From the IMG/VR virus record IMGVR_UViG_3300015370_000046, positions 1 to 25,747 of that record: a stretch of DNA of 25,747 nucleotides; one strand, 5' to 3'. The notes beneath the pieces were generated by a model. That model did not search any database. It was not told where the DNA came from and was given only the letters and a program-made list of their open reading frames with translations. The first letter of the stretch is position 1; every line of letters begins with the position of its first letter. Shown in pieces: positions 24,060 to 25,747 of this stretch. The DNA is from a virus. Taxonomy: Duplodnaviria; Caudoviricetes. The translations under genes were made by a program, and so were the position numbers.

Positions 24060-24682
24060 CAGGCGTCTCCCCAAGCGTATTCGCCCATATTCCCTTTGAG
24101 ACAGTGCTTCCTGTCCAGGGCAGTGGCAACCCCTCGTCCATCTCGTAGGTCATCCGGGGGGTCGGTGCAGGTAGGCTCGTCCCTAGTAAGCAATTCTCGT
24201 GCCGTTTGAGCCCCGACGTTGGAGTCCTTAGCCATCCTCATCGCCAACTCCACGATGGGGCGCACTACGGCGGAAGTGTAGTGGCCGATGGGTGCGAAGC
24301 GGGGGTCGGTCTCAGCGGGGGGGCCATCGCCGACCTCACCTGGATCATCCCCATCAGCCATGTACTGCTGCATCGGGTCCTCACCCGCCTTGGCCACACC
24401 AGCCACAGGGGAGCCCTGTCCTTCAGGGTGGACAGGCTGGGCCGGCTGCCACTTCGCTGCTGGAGGAGGAGCAGACCCCGCAGCGTTTGGGCGAGCCGAC
24501 CCAGCCACTATGTTGGCGATGGCCTGAGCCATCTTACTGTCCTGACCCCTGTGCCAGGCTGCCATCCACACGTACTGCTCTCGAATCGTCAAGTCGGGAG
24601 CGTGCTCGAAGATCTCGAGAGAGGCGAAGTCACGAGGCTCGGGAGACCTGCGCTTTACCTTGTTGGGGATGCCTCTGGGCAT
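24059..24682 (-). CDS. Hypothetical protein with a central low-complexity linker
   Basis: 207 aa, GGAGG RBS, starts MPRGIPNK. Confidence 0.65.
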   Translation of the reverse strand: MPRGIPNKVKRRSPEPRDFASLEIFEHAPDLTIREQYVWMAAWHRGQDSKMAQAIANIVAGSARPNAAGSAPPPAAKWQPAQPVHPEGQGSPVAGVAKAGEDPMQQYMADGDDPGEVGDGPPAETDPRFAPIGHYTSAVVRPIVELAMRMAKDSNVGAQTARELLTRDEPTCTDPPDDLRDGRGVATALDRKHCLKGNMGEYAWGDA

Positions 24683-24688
24683 AACCAG

Positions 24689-25009
24689 TTATACCTCCCT
24701 GAGGTCCGCTTCGATATGCACATGATCCGACTCCGCCACTACATCGTAGTCGGGACCGAGGTAATATTGCAGGTCGGTCACCAGTTGAGTTACCTGCCCT
24801 GGAGACAGAAACCAGATCCTGATGTCGATAGCCAGGCCCGCGTTATGCAGGGAGGTGGGGCGGTCCTCGTGAGAGTCGGTCCCGCAGGTGATGACAAACG
24901 TGAATTCAGCGGGCGAGACGGCATGTCGGTAGCACTCCTCGATGATGAAGAACTTGCTTGTGATGGGCTCCTTGAGCCCTCGGCAGTCGGCGCCCTGCTT
25001 AACCCTCAT
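24689..25009 (-). CDS. Peptidase M15 / Hedgehog-DD-peptidase fold protein, probable endolysin
   Basis: Zn-ligand pattern in VITCGTD.H...SLHNAGLAIDIR and DVVAESDHVHIEAD. Confidence 0.82.
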   Translation of the reverse strand: MRVKQGADCRGLKEPITSKFFIIEECYRHAVSPAEFTFVITCGTDSHEDRPTSLHNAGLAIDIRIWFLSPGQVTQLVTDLQYYLGPDYDVVAESDHVHIEADLREV

Positions 25010-25229
25010 TGAGCGTCCTCTCCAGATGTACCAGTGCCTGCCGCGCTTGGAACAGCGCCTCTAACTGCGCCGTCTCCTGCTCCGTCAAGGGGCATCTCTG
25101 CCTGTACTTCCGGTGGACCTTCCACGTTGAGATCGCTTGGCCGAGTCTCGTACTCGTCCACTCGATGCCCGCTCGATCCTTCGGCGTCCACGGCACCACT
25201 GAGAATTGCATAGACGTGGTCGCTGTCAT
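24999..25229 (-). CDS. Small helical hypothetical protein overlapping the 3' end of the LmbU-like gene
   Basis: This frame has G/C-ending codons and a protein-like sequence (PLTEQETAQLEALFQARQALVHLE). Start uncertain. Confidence 0.45.
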   Translation of the reverse strand: MTATTSMQFSVVPWTPKDRAGIEWTSTRLGQAISTWKVHRKYRQRCPLTEQETAQLEALFQARQALVHLERTLNEG

Positions 25230-25716
25230 CCGCCTGCCACTCCCGACCGACCCTGGTCTGGACGTACTCCCAAGCCTCCTTGGACCGGCCCTTCAGTTGA
25301 GGCTCCTCCGTATCTTCGCCCTTGATCGCAGCGGCGAGTTCCTTCCGCGTCCAGCCCTCCTCCAGGGCGCGTGTCAACCAGTAGTTCTGAGCGTCGACGT
25401 CCATGTTCGCCACCAGTCGGTGGTGGCTCCAGGACAGGGGGAATAACCTGTTATGTCTCTCGACTCGCTCGGCCACGTACTCAGCCTGGCGGATGGTCTC
25501 CGTTGAGTAATCAGTGATATCCCCCAGCGCCTGGGTGTACTCCTCGCCGTAATGGGCCCGGCCATAGACTAGAGCGTCCCCAACCCACCACATCGTAGAC
25601 CCCTGGATGTCCTTAAGGCTGTTGACAATATCCAGCCAGCCCTCAATGGACAAGGCCTCCGGGAGGACGTACCCTACCCGGGTGAGTGTTCCTAGTGCCT
25701 GGATCGCAAGTGTCAA
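25006..25716 (-). CDS. LmbU-like HTH DNA-binding protein
   Basis: MWWVGDALVYG..HYGE.Y.QA...YSTETIRQAEYVA...R...LSWSHHRLVA...WL..A....WT.KEL. Confidence 0.75.
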   Translation of the reverse strand: MTLAIQALGTLTRVGYVLPEALSIEGWLDIVNSLKDIQGSTMWWVGDALVYGRAHYGEEYTQALGDITDYSTETIRQAEYVAERVERHNRLFPLSWSHHRLVANMDVDAQNYWLTRALEEGWTRKELAAAIKGEDTEEPQLKGRSKEAWEYVQTRVGREWQADDSDHVYAILSGAVDAEGSSGHRVDEYETRPSDLNVEGPPEVQAEMPLDGAGDGAVRGAVPSAAGTGTSGEDAQ

Positions 25717-25747
25717 TGCGACACCAGCGCCTCAACCTCGACACCCA

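Noticed and set aside
2093-25446. Numerous plus-strand ORFs (e.g. 5833..6615, 10888..11550, 24206..25012)
   Set aside because: They lie antisense to well-supported genes, have no recognisable motifs, and are expected at this GC content.

Overview
The window is a contiguous piece of a GC-rich tailed phage (or prophage) genome, with essentially all real genes on the minus strand. Read right to left it contains: an LmbU-like regulator, an M15-type endolysin, an anti-defence cluster (Acb2/Tad1-like protein, a structured spacer, tRNA-Ile(GAU), Rnl2-type RNA ligase), terS, about 12 coupled accessory genes (including a sulfotransferase and a secreted TPR protein), terL, a degenerate terminase-nuclease-like gene, a two-frame C5 DNA methyltransferase with its own sigma70 promoter, an OmpA/Pal-like protein, a P22-like portal, a secreted LamG protein, five small basic disordered proteins, scaffold, major capsid protein, a signal-peptide protein in the decoration slot, adaptor, holin-like protein, tail nozzle, and a repeat-rich ejection-type protein that runs off the left edge and is missing from the ORF track. 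The architecture is podovirus-like. The most unusual feature is that head-module genes encode Sec-signal proteins rich in D-[ST]-x O-glycosylation sequons, suggesting export, host glycosylation and then virion decoration. All family assignments come from motif recognition by eye and all counts were made by hand; no searches were run.
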